A stretch of DNA of 64,000 nucleotides, from positions 1,408,001 to 1,472,000 of the forward strand of contig CBDCFN010000016.1 in NCBI GenBank assembly GCA_965216315.1. Reading direction: 5' to 3'. This document shows positions 1 to 10,849 of the stretch, piece after piece. Position numbers and translations under genes: made by a program. Under the pieces are notes generated by a model. The model saw nothing but the letters and a program-made list of their open reading frames with translations. It made no database searches and was not told the origin of the DNA. The number at the start of each line of letters is the position of its first letter. Position 1 is the stretch's first letter. The DNA comes from a bacterium. Lineage in GTDB: Bacteria > UBA10199 > 2-02-FULL-50-16 > JAJFLM01.

Positions 1-1
1 C

Positions 2-319
2 GGGGCGGCCAAGTCAGCGATGGAAACACTGGTGAAGTATTTTTCGGTTGAGTTGGCTCCACTCAATATCAATGTGAACGCCATTAACCCGGGTTTCATC
101 GCCTCGACTTCGACAAAGATCTACATGGGCGACTTCTACCAACAAATTAAACGGGCGAATGAAGAGATTACTCCCCGCGGCCGCGTCACCGATGGCAAGG
201 AACTTGCCGATGTCGTCATATTTCTATGCTCGGATGAAGCCAATTGGATTGTCGGCCAGACAATTCGAACCGATGGGGGGCTCTCACACATTCAGCCCAT
301 GGCCCAACCCAGTTCTTAG
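2..319 (+). CDS. SDR-family oxidoreductase, FabL-like enoyl-ACP reductase (5'-truncated by window edge)
   Basis: Frame open from position 2 (GAAKSAMETLVKYFSVELAPLNINVNAINPG); C-terminal SDR signature 'TPRGR...FLCSDEANWIVGQTIRTDGG'. Confidence 0.8.
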   Translation, partial: GAAKSAMETLVKYFSVELAPLNINVNAINPGFIASTSTKIYMGDFYQQIKRANEEITPRGRVTDGKELADVVIFLCSDEANWIVGQTIRTDGGLSHIQPMAQPSS

Positions 320-329
320 CAGCAAAGCA

Positions 330-1640
330 CTATTGATCGAGTACCTTCCAGTTACATACAGAATCTTCAGCTGGCTTCACACACATCCAACCGAAGGGTA
401 ATTCGTCCGTTTTATTCGTGTTAATAATGAAATCGCCGGAACGCCACGTCAGCCCCTCATTCGGTTTCCCGTCTCGATAGGACAGCCACCCTTTCGTCAT
501 TTTCTGGTCTTCATAGCCCGCGAGTCCGGACAAGGCGATGTTCCGACCTTTAGAAGCTACCGACATGAGCCAAGACTTATCTTCACCCCCGTACATGTTA
601 GCGAGAAAATAATTATCCTCAGCGCTATCAGATACGTGGAAGGTGGCGTAAAGATGGGCTTCTTCTTGTCCCAATTCAGTTGTCACGGAATTCGCGAGCA
701 GCGAACACATCGAGCTATTTCCATCCAGCTTATAGGCCCGGTTCCCGGTCCCTGGCGTCCCCTTGACCTGCGAGTGCGATAGGGTCGTATCCTTGACGTT
801 TTTAAGCCAGATACCATGATTCGACGCGCCCTCTACATTGATATATTCATAGGCGCCTTTTAGTTGCCCTTCGAGGACGACACCATTGGCTTTATTCCCT
901 ACGGAATTAAGGTGGGTGAGCTGCGAATTACCCGCTGGAGTCGTTGCCAGCAGATAATCCGACGACTCCGACGCATAGGCAATGGCCTCCGCCGACTTAC
1001 CCTCGGCAGTGAGTCCGTTGACCTTATTATACGTCAATTCGATATCGTTTCCCTTAAGCGAAGATCCCTTTAACTTGATTCCTGAGCCTTCGTTTCCTTC
1101 CGCAATAAGCCGCAACAGCTCCATATTTTTTATTCTATCAAAATAATACCCGTCATAAAGGGCACCCGTCACGATGCAATTACGCACCGTCGACATCGGG
1201 TCATCCGTCCCAACGACGTAGATCCCAACACTCGCGTGCTTGCGTGCATCGATCTTGAGGTTTTCCAATACCGTGCGCCCGTCGCTCATAATCACTGACT
1301 TTAAAGGCGCTGACAGGTCCGCCGCTACCACGATAGACGATTTTTTCCCTGCCGCTAACACTCCGGCCACGCGCTTACCGGAGACATTAAGTGTCTCTTT
1401 GATTATGTAATCACCGGGAGGAAAATAAACAATATGATCGGCTGAAGCCGCAGCCAAGGCTCTTTTGATCGCCTGCGTGTCGTCATTTTCACCATTACCC
1501 ACAGCGCCATAACAATGAACACTCCGGATATTCGTCTGGTTAAGCTGCTCACAGGGCCCTGAAGGTAAAGTAAACGCCGCTGCCGCTGATAATTGAGCGA
1601 TAAAAAATCCGATGAGAAGCGCGCCAAAGATCCTCCTCAT
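330..1640 (-). CDS. Secreted right-handed beta-helix protein (Pectate_lyase_3/tailspike-like glycan-active protein)
   Basis: N-terminal signal peptide; 'VHCYGAVGNGENDDTQAI...VYFPPGDY' motif; Gly/Asn beta-helix repeats. Confidence 0.8.
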   Translation of the reverse strand: MRRIFGALLIGFFIAQLSAAAAFTLPSGPCEQLNQTNIRSVHCYGAVGNGENDDTQAIKRALAAASADHIVYFPPGDYIIKETLNVSGKRVAGVLAAGKKSSIVVAADLSAPLKSVIMSDGRTVLENLKIDARKHASVGIYVVGTDDPMSTVRNCIVTGALYDGYYFDRIKNMELLRLIAEGNEGSGIKLKGSSLKGNDIELTYNKVNGLTAEGKSAEAIAYASESSDYLLATTPAGNSQLTHLNSVGNKANGVVLEGQLKGAYEYINVEGASNHGIWLKNVKDTTLSHSQVKGTPGTGNRAYKLDGNSSMCSLLANSVTTELGQEEAHLYATFHVSDSAEDNYFLANMYGGEDKSWLMSVASKGRNIALSGLAGYEDQKMTKGWLSYRDGKPNEGLTWRSGDFIINTNKTDELPFGWMCVKPAEDSVCNWKVLDQ

Positions 1641-3565
1641 AATCCCGGCCCTCCCACAATCCCAATTTTCTCTAGTTTATTGAAGGGAAGCCATTCACAT
1701 TTTGAATTCAAGGTTTCCGAGCAATGCCAGCCATAGGGTTCGTCCGCCCCACCATTAAGAATCGTGTCCCCCTTACGCCATTTATATTGCGGATCCGGCT
1801 TTTCCTTGCGAAAGCCAATGACGTTAAACAATGCATCGCTATTGCCGGAATCCACAATCATATTTCTCTTTTCGTACTTAACCGGAACAATCGCTGCCTT
1901 GCCCGCCCCCTCTATATAATTCCCCTTAACAACGTTCCCCACGCCCTCGATATCAATCTGCGCGAATCCACCCTCGGAACTAGAGCCTCCCGAATTAAGA
2001 ATATAATTCCCCGCAACATAGCAACCGAAGCTATCCGGTTTAAGATGAATCGCCTTCCCCTTTCCACCACTCGACCTAAATCGATTGTCCACCAGGCTAA
2101 CAAATCGCGTTTTTGTAGCGACAATGACACCATCACCCATCGTTTCTATTTCCATCCCTTTGATGACCGTCCGCGTTGTCGTACCGCTCACGATAATACC
2201 ACCGCCCTCTTTTGCCTTCACCGTCCCTGAATTGAGATAAACACCGCCACCCATCTGGCCACTATCCACAGCGCCTTGGACCCGAATGCCGGCCCCTTTG
2301 TTATTGATGGCTTCGATATTATAAGCGGCAAAATTGGTGCAGCCATCGAAACGGAACCCGTCGCCCCCATTACCCTCGGACCGCACGGTTCGCATCGAGC
2401 CACTCATTGAAGTCTGACAATGAATTCCATGCCCTTTCGCATTTTTCAGGACGATATTCTCCAGGCGCGTATGCACCCCATTGCTATACTGAAAAAATAA
2501 GCCGGTATCCGCGCCATTCGCATCCAAGGTCATGTTCTCGAGGCTGATCGGGGATTCGATGGAAACAATCATTCGATTGATCGGACTTGAAACGGAATCG
2601 GATACCTTAAGGACGACATCGCTGACTGATTCGCCAACGATAACTTGACCACTCAACGTCAGCGTGTCTGAAATAATATAAGTTCCCTTCGGAAACAAAA
2701 CAGCTTTTGACCGATCGGCCTGCTCCAAAGCCTTGTTGATGGCATCCGTATCATCTCTGACACCGTCACCAACCGCACCAAAGCATTTCACATTGATCAC
2801 ATCAATCACGCTGGACGCGAGCACGTCGCAATCGAGGTCGAAAAAAGCCATAAACGGACTCGCTAAGCGCAAGGCCGCCGTAACCGGCTTGGTGGCGACT
2901 TCAACCGCCTCTTCCTTCACTTCCTCGTTCTTACTTTCCACGGCCTCACTCTCTTTGGGAGGACTCGGCTCCATCTCATTGGGTTCCGCTTCGCTATCGC
3001 TTTGCGGAGGACTGTCCGTAGGCGGGGCCTTCTTTGCGACGTTTGTCGGTGCCGCACGACGCGAAGGGGAAGAGGTCACCGCCCCCAAATTAGGAGCGGC
3101 CGCGGGTGTCTCCGCCTTAGGGGCGGCAGCGAGTTCGGGCTCATTGCTGTAGGGTCGCTCCGGGCGACGGCCTGCCGGCCTAATGATGGGCGGACGACCC
3201 TTCATATTTCTCCAGAAATTTTGGCTGAGCTGGCCGCGTCTGGGCGAGGGAAGCTTTTTCTTTTTGCCCAGCAGCTTCTTGTCCAAGCCGGGCATCGGCA
3301 TACCCGGGGCGAGCATGCCACTCTCGGGCGATTTCACGGTGGGCAGAAATCCGAGGCTGGGCTGCGGCAGCCCCTGCGGTTGAACCTCGCCTACCTCCAC
3401 AGGAGGCTCTGAAGGCGCTTCAGACGGACTAATTTGGTCCAGGGATGGCGATGTCGTCATTTTGACGACAACAATGGCTGAACCGCCCAAGGCAACGAAA
3501 AGAAGAGGACGCAGACCGATACGACTCAAGGCGCTGGCCAGGACCTTCAAAATACTGCTCCCCAT
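1637..3565 (-). CDS. Membrane-anchored right-handed beta-helix protein with Pro-rich linker
   Basis: N-terminal hydrophobic segment, ~190-aa Pro/Ala/Glu-rich linker, 'VKCFGAVGDGVRDDTDAI...LFPKGTY' motif; 4-nt overlap with downstream paralogue. Confidence 0.8.
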   Translation of the reverse strand: MGSSILKVLASALSRIGLRPLLFVALGGSAIVVVKMTTSPSLDQISPSEAPSEPPVEVGEVQPQGLPQPSLGFLPTVKSPESGMLAPGMPMPGLDKKLLGKKKKLPSPRRGQLSQNFWRNMKGRPPIIRPAGRRPERPYSNEPELAAAPKAETPAAAPNLGAVTSSPSRRAAPTNVAKKAPPTDSPPQSDSEAEPNEMEPSPPKESEAVESKNEEVKEEAVEVATKPVTAALRLASPFMAFFDLDCDVLASSVIDVINVKCFGAVGDGVRDDTDAINKALEQADRSKAVLFPKGTYIISDTLTLSGQVIVGESVSDVVLKVSDSVSSPINRMIVSIESPISLENMTLDANGADTGLFFQYSNGVHTRLENIVLKNAKGHGIHCQTSMSGSMRTVRSEGNGGDGFRFDGCTNFAAYNIEAINNKGAGIRVQGAVDSGQMGGGVYLNSGTVKAKEGGGIIVSGTTTRTVIKGMEIETMGDGVIVATKTRFVSLVDNRFRSSGGKGKAIHLKPDSFGCYVAGNYILNSGGSSSEGGFAQIDIEGVGNVVKGNYIEGAGKAAIVPVKYEKRNMIVDSGNSDALFNVIGFRKEKPDPQYKWRKGDTILNGGADEPYGWHCSETLNSKCEWLPFNKLEKIGIVGGPGL

Positions 3566-3614
3566 ACCGGGTATTGTATAGAATCTGCTTTAAAGAATAA
3601 AGGAAAGGACGGGC

Positions 3615-3986
3615 TTATTTGGACCGCTTGGTAACCCGTCTGGCCCTTCTTTTGGCCGTCGGTTTAATGACTTTGGACTTGCTGAGTTGGATCTTGGAGC
3701 CATGTCTATCGACGTGAATCGTGGCTTCGATATCGATTTTCATCCCGGATACGGCCTTGCGGATTTCCTCATGGATATTAATCCGACCGAGAAAACCTTT
3801 AACTTCCTCGGCAATGATCCCCGCCAATTCGGACTTCTTTTTGGCCGCCTGGTTCACCAGATATTTCTTGGCATCACGGGGCAATTTCACCTCACCGAGG
3901 AGACGCGCTAAGCTCTCCTCTGTCATCAACGCGGCCCCGATGCCGGTCATCACAATCTTGCGCAATGTCTCCAGGTTCGAAGCCAC
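3615..3986 (-). CDS. Phasin-like/granule-associated hypothetical protein
   Basis: 'LRKIVMTGIGAALMTEE' N-terminus resembles phasin-family proteins; basic C-tail; abuts upstream gene. Confidence 0.5.
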   Translation of the reverse strand: MASNLETLRKIVMTGIGAALMTEESLARLLGEVKLPRDAKKYLVNQAAKKKSELAGIIAEEVKGFLGRINIHEEIRKAVSGMKIDIEATIHVDRHGSKIQLSKSKVIKPTAKRRARRVTKRSK

Positions 3987-4414
3987 TATTCCCCCAAACT
4001 TTCCGCGCGATCTTTGAATGCCTGCATCAGGTTGGGGAGATTCTTGCCGACCAGCATTTCAGTGATTTTTTTAGGGACAAATAAACCAAAGGACACATCG
4101 ACCTCATAGGTCGCTTCAGTCACGCCATCTTTATCTTCGAGACTCCATGAACCAAAGCAATCCTTAAAACCGTCGCCTTCGACAAAGGTCCAGGAGATCC
4201 CTTTGTTTTGGCTCAGCTTATAATCAAGCGTATAACGAATGGTCTTAATAACCTTGATCTCAAAATCAACCTGAGCTGACTTAGTATTCTTATGAATCAC
4301 CTCAACATGACGCGTTTCGGACAGAAATTCGGGGTAGGCTTCAAAGTCCGTAATCACCTCGTAAACAACTTTGGGTGGTACTTCTATTTCAATAGTCGCG
4401 CTCGCTCCTGGCAC
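3986..4414 (-). CDS. SRPBCC/START (polyketide cyclase, RatA/Coq10-like) protein
   Basis: 'VYEVITDFEAYPEFL...GSWSL' pattern; start reassigned to GTG at 4414 behind an AAGGAGG RBS. Confidence 0.8.
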   Translation of the reverse strand: MPGASATIEIEVPPKVVYEVITDFEAYPEFLSETRHVEVIHKNTKSAQVDFEIKVIKTIRYTLDYKLSQNKGISWTFVEGDGFKDCFGSWSLEDKDGVTEATYEVDVSFGLFVPKKITEMLVGKNLPNLMQAFKDRAESLGE

Positions 4415-4436
4415 GAGAACCTCCTTAAGTTCCGAT

Positions 4437-5402
4437 TCAACTACGCATGTAATCAGGCTTCTTATCAAAATGGTGACGGGCTGTAATATAGCGGATCGTC
4501 CCCGTCGCCGAACGCATCACCAGAGAATGTGTCTCCGCACCGCCGCCGAAGAAACGCACACCCTTCAAGAAGTCCCCATAAGTCACGCCTGTCGCCGCAA
4601 ACATGACGTCACCACTCGCTAATTCCTCAAGCATGAAAATTTTATTAATGTCCGTGACACCCATTTTCTTGGCACGCTCAATCTCTTCATCATTGCGCGG
4701 TTTGAGCCGTCCCTGCATATCGCCACCCGTACATCTTAAGGCCGCCGCCGCGAGCACACCTTCCGGTGCTCCACCGATGCCAAAGAGTATATCAATTCCG
4801 GTATCTTTCCAGCAGGTCGCCAAGGCCGCCGCAACATCCCCATCAGGAATGAGACGAATGCGCGCTCCGGACTCTCTGACCTCACGAATCAAGTCCTCAT
4901 GGCGGGGCCGGTCCAGAATAATAGCCGTCAGATCGGATACGTCACAGCCTTTAACCTTAGCCAGTTCCTTCAGGTTAGCTGTCGGGGAGAGATCAAGACT
5001 GATGATCCCTTTACCGGATGGACCGCAGGCGATCTTATCCATGTAAGTATCGGGAGCATGCAAAAAATTACCGTCTTCCGCCATCGCGATGACAGACAAT
5101 GCATTCGGTTGGCCATGCGCCGTTAAAGTCGTCCCTTCTAACGGGTCCAGCGCAATATCGACCTTGGGCGCGCCTTCACCGTGACCCACTTTCTCACCAA
5201 TATAGAGCATCGGCGCTTCATCACGCTCCCCCTCACCGATAACGACGGTCCCATCGAAATGAATGGAGTTGAGCGAATCGCGCATGGCGTTGACCGCCAC
5301 TTGATCAGCGGCGTTATTATCACCGCGTCCCATCAAACGAGCGGCCGCAATGGCAGCAGCTTCGGTCGCGCGAACAGCTTCAAGGGCAAGGTTGCGATCC
5401 AT
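4437..5402 (-). CDS. glpX: Fructose-1,6-bisphosphatase class II
   Basis: 'VVIGEGERDEAPML', 'DPLEGT', 'GGAPEGV', 'FAATGVT' motifs. Confidence 0.97.
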   Translation of the reverse strand: MDRNLALEAVRATEAAAIAAARLMGRGDNNAADQVAVNAMRDSLNSIHFDGTVVIGEGERDEAPMLYIGEKVGHGEGAPKVDIALDPLEGTTLTAHGQPNALSVIAMAEDGNFLHAPDTYMDKIACGPSGKGIISLDLSPTANLKELAKVKGCDVSDLTAIILDRPRHEDLIREVRESGARIRLIPDGDVAAALATCWKDTGIDILFGIGGAPEGVLAAAALRCTGGDMQGRLKPRNDEEIERAKKMGVTDINKIFMLEELASGDVMFAATGVTYGDFLKGVRFFGGGAETHSLVMRSATGTIRYITARHHFDKKPDYMRS

Positions 5403-5450
5403 AAGAAGCCTGTTCTCCTAACAGGCTTGCCCAGCTCGTGCAACCGTTTC

Positions 5451-6503
5451 TTAAATCTTGATAGCTTTCATGACTTTATTGATATCCGCCGGCAGGGTCC
5501 GGGGCTTGGCAGCGGTTGCAAAGGCCGCATCAGGGTCTTTCAGGCCGTGCCCGGTCAGGGTGCAAACAACCCGTTCTCCGCGTTTAAAAAACCCTTTCTT
5601 CGCTAGCTTGGCAATTCCGGCCAAGCCGGCGGCTGATGCCGGTTCGGCGAAATAGCCGGTCGTTTCCGCCAACCAGCGGTAGGCCTGCAGTATCTGGCGA
5701 TCCGTCACCGAATCAATCAAGCCCCCCGATTCTTCGCGGGCCTGCAGCGCGGTTTCCCAATTGGCAGGATTGCCGATCCGGATCGCGGACGCGACGGTTT
5801 CAGGATTTTTGACAACACGCCCTTTTACGATGGGAGCCGAACCGGCCGCTTGAAAACCGATCATCTTGGGAAGCCGTTTAATCAATCGCTCCTGCCGATA
5901 GTCTTGATACCCTGCCCAATAAGCGGAAATATTACCCGCATTTCCCACCGGAAGGGCATGATAGTCCGGAGCGTCGCCCAAGAAATCACAAACCTCGTAG
6001 GCAGCGGTACGCTGCCCCTTGAGCCGATGCGGATTGATTGAGTTCACAAGAACACAATTACCCGTCTCCGCGATGGCCTTGACGATTTCCAGGGCCTGAT
6101 CAAAGTTTCCCTTAATTTGAATCACTTGGGCGCCATGCATCAGGGCCTGACTCAATTTGCCCATCGCGATTTTGCCGACGGGAATAAACACAACCACTTT
6201 CAATCCCGCCCGGGCGCCATAAGCCGCGGCCGCCGCCGATGTATTTCCCGTTGATGCGCAGGCGATGGCCTTGGCCCCCGCCTCAACCGCCTTGGAAACC
6301 GCATACGTCATCCCACGGTCCTTAAAAGACCCCGTCGGATTCAAGCCTTCAAATTTAAGATACAGATCGATCCCCTTAGCGAGCTTGTCCGCCAAGCGCG
6401 GTGCGCGCAATAAGGGCGTATTGCCCTCTTGCAGTGTCACAATTGATTTGGGAGCCACTGGAAGGTACTTCCGATACCGTTTGATAACCCCTTCGTACTT
6501 CAA
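5451..6503 (-). CDS. thrC: Threonine synthase
   Basis: PLP lysine motif 'NPTGSFKDRG', 'ASTGNTS', 'PVGNAGN', 'EPASA'; next to hom. Confidence 0.95.
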   Translation of the reverse strand: MKYEGVIKRYRKYLPVAPKSIVTLQEGNTPLLRAPRLADKLAKGIDLYLKFEGLNPTGSFKDRGMTYAVSKAVEAGAKAIACASTGNTSAAAAAYGARAGLKVVVFIPVGKIAMGKLSQALMHGAQVIQIKGNFDQALEIVKAIAETGNCVLVNSINPHRLKGQRTAAYEVCDFLGDAPDYHALPVGNAGNISAYWAGYQDYRQERLIKRLPKMIGFQAAGSAPIVKGRVVKNPETVASAIRIGNPANWETALQAREESGGLIDSVTDRQILQAYRWLAETTGYFAEPASAAGLAGIAKLAKKGFFKRGERVVCTLTGHGLKDPDAAFATAAKPRTLPADINKVMKAIKI

Positions 6504-6508
6504 AACAA

Positions 6509-7798
6509 CTATCCCTTCTCCACGCGAATCAAGACCGGCCTATCGACCGTTGTATCGAGCGCCTCAATCTTGGCGATGGCTGCTTGCATATTTTTCTCAC
6601 GTGCCTCATGCGTCATCACGACAATCGCCACCTGCTCCCCTTCAGCACGTTCCGGCTGGTAGACCGACGTAATACTGATGTCTTGCTCCCCAAGCACGCC
6701 CGCTATCTTTGCCAACACGCCAGGGCGGTCTAAGACAGAGAACCGTAGGTAATACTCGCCCACCCATTCCTGCATAGGTCGAATATCCGCGGGTCTGAGC
6801 CGTGCCGCGATGTCCAGCAGACTCGACTCATTGAGACGCGCCGCAATGAGCGCCGCATCACTAACCACAGCCGATGCCGTGGGCAAGCTGCCCGCGCCCG
6901 CTCCATAGAACATCGCATCTCCAACGGCATCTCCCCGCAAGTAAATCGCATTCATCGCCCCACTCACCTGAGTGAGGAGATGATCCAAAGGAAGCATGGT
7001 GGGATGCACGCGTGCTTCAATCCCCTTGCCGGTATCACTCGCGATGGCGAGGAGCTTGAGGCGATAACCGAGCCGCTCGGCAAACTCGATATCCATAGAT
7101 GTCACGTAACGGATTCCTTCCGCGTAAATTTGATCAAACGGAACCTGAACGCCGTAACAAAGCGTAATAATGATAGCCAACTTGTGCGCCGCATCGACGC
7201 CGTCAATGTCAAAGGAGGGGTCCGCCTCGGCGTAACCCGCCTCCTGGGCCTGTTGAAGCACGACGTTAAAGTCCAGGCCTTTTTCGCTCATTTCAGACAG
7301 GATGTAATTCGCGGTTCCGTTGATGATTCCCGCAATACCTTCAATGCGGTTGGCAATAAAGCCTTCTTGGATCGCCTTGATAATAGGGATTCCACCGGCC
7401 ACGCTCGCTTCAAAACCGACGTGGCGGTTTTTTTCAGCCGCCTTTTTAAAAATCGGGGCCCCCGCCTCTGCCAAAAGCGCCTTATTCGCCGTAACGATAT
7501 GCTTTCCGTTCTCTAAAGCCTGTAATAGAAGGCCGCCGGCCGGCTCAATCCCACCCATGACTTCGATAACGATATCAATGTCCGGGTTATCAATGACATC
7601 CCGGGGATCTTTCGTATAAACCGATGCGGGCAGCGGCAAACCACGGTCTTTATCAAGCGCACGCACGAGTACCTTGCGCACCTCCATGCGCCGTCCCAGG
7701 CGGTCCCACATGGGAGAATTATCGTCGCCTAAAAGTTTGACCACGCCCTGTCCCACGGTTCCGCAACCTAATAAACCTATACCGATCGCTTCAGACAT
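6509..7798 (-). CDS. hom: Homoserine dehydrogenase with ACT domain
   Basis: 'GCGTVG', 'VTANK', 'EASVAGGIP', 'GYAEADP'; C-terminal ACT 'DRPGVL'. Confidence 0.97.
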   Translation of the reverse strand: MSEAIGIGLLGCGTVGQGVVKLLGDDNSPMWDRLGRRMEVRKVLVRALDKDRGLPLPASVYTKDPRDVIDNPDIDIVIEVMGGIEPAGGLLLQALENGKHIVTANKALLAEAGAPIFKKAAEKNRHVGFEASVAGGIPIIKAIQEGFIANRIEGIAGIINGTANYILSEMSEKGLDFNVVLQQAQEAGYAEADPSFDIDGVDAAHKLAIIITLCYGVQVPFDQIYAEGIRYVTSMDIEFAERLGYRLKLLAIASDTGKGIEARVHPTMLPLDHLLTQVSGAMNAIYLRGDAVGDAMFYGAGAGSLPTASAVVSDAALIAARLNESSLLDIAARLRPADIRPMQEWVGEYYLRFSVLDRPGVLAKIAGVLGEQDISITSVYQPERAEGEQVAIVVMTHEAREKNMQAAIAKIEALDTTVDRPVLIRVEKG

Positions 7799-7801
7799 CG
7801 C

Positions 7802-8959
7802 TTATATAACCTTCTTAATTCCTCTGACTGCCTGTCGAATACGGTTTTCATTTTCGACCAAGGCAAATCGAACGTGACCTTCTCCATACTCACCAAAACC
7901 TAAGCCGGGTGATACGGCCACTCCGGCCTCTTTTAACAGTTTCTTCGCAAAAGGCATTGATTTTTTTCGCCCGCCGGGAATCTTGGCCCAGACAAACATC
8001 GTCGCCTTGGGTGGCTCAACGGACCAACCAATCCGCTCTAAAGCCGTACACAACACATCACGCCGTCGCCGGTAGATCTCCGCAATCTCCTTCACACACT
8101 GCTGCGGTCCATCCAATGCGACCGTCGCGGCAATCTGTATCGGCGTGAACATCCCATAGTCCAAATAGCTCTTCAGTTTGCGAAGATTCCCCACCATCTC
8201 CGCATTGCCGCAACAAAAGCCGACGCGCCATCCCGGCATACTATACCCTTTGGAGAGCGAATAAAATTCAACGGCTATTTTCTTGGCTCCAGGGACCTGC
8301 AAGATCGAAGGCGCCTTATACCCGTCAAAGACGAGGTCGGCATACGCCAAATCATGAATAATGAGCAGCTCATTCTCGCGCGCAAAAGCCACGATTTTTT
8401 TCAAGAACTTGAGATCCACGACCTGCGTCGTCGGATTCGACGGAAAGTTGAGAATCAAAAGCTTCGCCTTCGGCCACATGGTCTTGGTAGCACGCTCTAA
8501 CTCGTGCATAAACTCGTCCGGTTCGTTAATGGGTATTGAACGAACATCCGCACCGGCGATAATGACCGAGTAGGTATGAATCGGATAGGCCGGATTGGGG
8601 ACCATCACCACATCGCCGGGCTGAACCATCGACAGGACTAAATGCGAAAGCCCTTCCTTGGCGCCAATCGTTGCAATCGCCTCTTTCTCGGGATCGATCC
8701 TGACGTTGTAGTGGCGTTTGTACCATTTCGAGATCGCCATCCGAAGCTTTGGTATTCCACGCGATACAGAGTAGCGATGATTTCGGGCTTTAGCGGCCGC
8801 TTCCGTCAGCTTAGTGACAATATGCGGGGGCGTCGGCAAATCCGGGTTTCCCATCCCCAGATTGATGATGTCTTCCCCCTGTCGACGGGCCTTGAGCATC
8901 AGGTTGGTCACCTCACCCAGAATGTACGGGGGCAATCTATTAATGCGTGTATTTTTCAT
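7802..8959 (-). CDS. alaC: Class I/II PLP aminotransferase (AlaC/YfdZ-like)
   Basis: 'LGMGNPD', 'NFPSNPT', 'DLAY', '[14 protein letters not shown]', 'YLDYG'; ATGA overlap with lipA; typical position upstream of hom. Confidence 0.8.
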   Translation of the reverse strand: MKNTRINRLPPYILGEVTNLMLKARRQGEDIINLGMGNPDLPTPPHIVTKLTEAAAKARNHRYSVSRGIPKLRMAISKWYKRHYNVRIDPEKEAIATIGAKEGLSHLVLSMVQPGDVVMVPNPAYPIHTYSVIIAGADVRSIPINEPDEFMHELERATKTMWPKAKLLILNFPSNPTTQVVDLKFLKKIVAFARENELLIIHDLAYADLVFDGYKAPSILQVPGAKKIAVEFYSLSKGYSMPGWRVGFCCGNAEMVGNLRKLKSYLDYGMFTPIQIAATVALDGPQQCVKEIAEIYRRRRDVLCTALERIGWSVEPPKATMFVWAKIPGGRKKSMPFAKKLLKEAGVAVSPGLGFGEYGEGHVRFALVENENRIRQAVRGIKKVI

Positions 8960-9855
8960 GGCGAACACATCTCTTCCGCGTGATAAGAACTCCGTACAAA
9001 GGGCCCACTCGCGACCGAGTGAAATCCCAGTTCATACGCCTTCGACTCGTAGACCTTAAACTGCTCCGGCCGGATGAAATCCACGACCGGTAAGTTGCGC
9101 TTAGCCGGACGCAGATACTGACCTATCGTCACAATATCACAGCCGGCCGCGCGCAAATCCTGAAGCGTCGCGAACACTTCGCTTTCGCATTCACCGAGAC
9201 CCAACATTAAGCCCGACTTACTCAACTGTTGGGGGCACTGTTCTTTTATATAAGCCAAAAAGCGGAGTGTATGAGCATAACTCGCCCGATGACGCACCTG
9301 AGGCGAAAGACGCGCGACCGTCTCAATATTGTGATTAAAGACATCCGGTTGCGCCGCTAACACCTGATCAATCGCCTCATAGTTGAGCGAGAAATCCGTC
9401 GTCAATATTTCCACTTTCGTTTTCGGGCACTTAGTCCTTACCTCTCGAATACACTTAACGAAATGGTCCGCCCCGCCATCCTCCAAATCATCGCGCGCGA
9501 CACAGGTAATCACGACGTGCTTAAGCCCCATCAATGCAACCATGTGGGCGAGCTGCCGGGGTTCTTCAACATCGACGGGACCGGGTTGCCCTGCGGTCAC
9601 ATCACAAAAGCCACAGTGCCGCGTACATATTTCGCCTAAGATCATAAAGGTCGCTGTCCCCGCATTCCAGCATTCGCCGAGGTTGGGGCATGAGGCCTCT
9701 TCGCAAACCGTATGCAAACCACGTCCCCGCAGATCCTTCTTGAGGGCATGGATGGGCCCCTGCGGCCCCAGTTTCTTTTTGAGCCATACCGGCAATCTAC
9801 GGTGTTCCCCCCGGATTCCCGCCGCCTTGCCAAGTTGTTTGATAGACGAATCCAT
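8956..9855 (-). CDS. lipA: Lipoyl synthase
   Basis: '[12 protein letters not shown]' plus radical SAM 'CTRHCGFC'; C-terminal 'RSSY'. Confidence 0.97.
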   Translation of the reverse strand: MDSSIKQLGKAAGIRGEHRRLPVWLKKKLGPQGPIHALKKDLRGRGLHTVCEEASCPNLGECWNAGTATFMILGEICTRHCGFCDVTAGQPGPVDVEEPRQLAHMVALMGLKHVVITCVARDDLEDGGADHFVKCIREVRTKCPKTKVEILTTDFSLNYEAIDQVLAAQPDVFNHNIETVARLSPQVRHRASYAHTLRFLAYIKEQCPQQLSKSGLMLGLGECESEVFATLQDLRAAGCDIVTIGQYLRPAKRNLPVVDFIRPEQFKVYESKAYELGFHSVASGPFVRSSYHAEEMCSP

Positions 9856-9994
9856 AACGCGTCAGATGAAAGTAGCCTTTAATATCAAGAAAATCAAATG
9901 GTTACGGTAGTTACTGCGACCGCGTCAATCTATCGGCGGAAGATTTCTTTGTCAAACTTGATATCACCGCGCCGATCCACTAGAAGCCCCGGCA

Positions 9995-10837
9995 ATGAAA
10001 ACGTTTTTACTCCTCATCGCGCTCGGATGGATTTGGCCGGCCCCAAGCCTGGCCATCGGCACCAAGTCACAACCGCAGCGAGGCCTCAGCGCCCATGAAA
10101 CGCCGAAGGTCATGGCGAATATCGGAATCACCGAACATCTCGGCGATTCCATTGACCTCAACCTGCCATTCACCGACGAAAACGGCGCCGCCGTCAAACT
10201 GGGCGATTATTTTGATGGAAAAACCCCTGTCTTGCTGTCCTTTGTCTATTTCACCTGTCCCATGCTGTGCTCACTCATCCTGGACGGCCTCACCCAATCG
10301 TTAAAAGAACTCGAATGGACGGTCGGCAAAGAATTTAAGACCCTCATCGTTAGTTTCGACCCTAATGACACCCCTGAGGACGCCGCCAAGAAAAAAGCGA
10401 AATACCTAAAAAAGTACGGTCGTAACGTCGGCACATCGGGTTTACACTTTCTAACCGGCGACAAAGCGGCTATTGAAAAAATCACCAATCAAATCGGTTT
10501 TCAATACAAGTGGGACGCCGAAAATGAACAGTGGGGCCATGCCGCCGCCTCTTACGTACTCACGCCGACAGGGAAAATTTCCTATTATCACTATGGAATT
10601 AAATATGATCCCGTAACAATGCGTCTCTCTTTAGTTGAGGCCTCCGGCAACAAGATTGGTACGATCGTCGACCGTGTCCTGCTCTTCTGCCTGCGCTACG
10701 ATCCTACTAAAAAAACCTATGCTTTCTATGCTATGAACCTCATGCGGGTAGGCGGCGGCATGATGTTCGTCATATTGGCCGCTTTTCTATTTGCATTCTG
10801 GAGAAAACAAAGTAAGAAAGCGCACCCAAATACTTAA
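9995..10837 (+). CDS. SCO1/SenC copper chaperone
   Basis: Signal peptide, 'CPMLC' motif, conserved His, C-terminal TM; first gene of cox operon. Confidence 0.92.
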   Translation: MKTFLLLIALGWIWPAPSLAIGTKSQPQRGLSAHETPKVMANIGITEHLGDSIDLNLPFTDENGAAVKLGDYFDGKTPVLLSFVYFTCPMLCSLILDGLTQSLKELEWTVGKEFKTLIVSFDPNDTPEDAAKKKAKYLKKYGRNVGTSGLHFLTGDKAAIEKITNQIGFQYKWDAENEQWGHAAASYVLTPTGKISYYHYGIKYDPVTMRLSLVEASGNKIGTIVDRVLLFCLRYDPTKKTYAFYAMNLMRVGGGMMFVILAAFLFAFWRKQSKKAHPNT

Positions 10838-10849
10838 GGATTTTGAATA

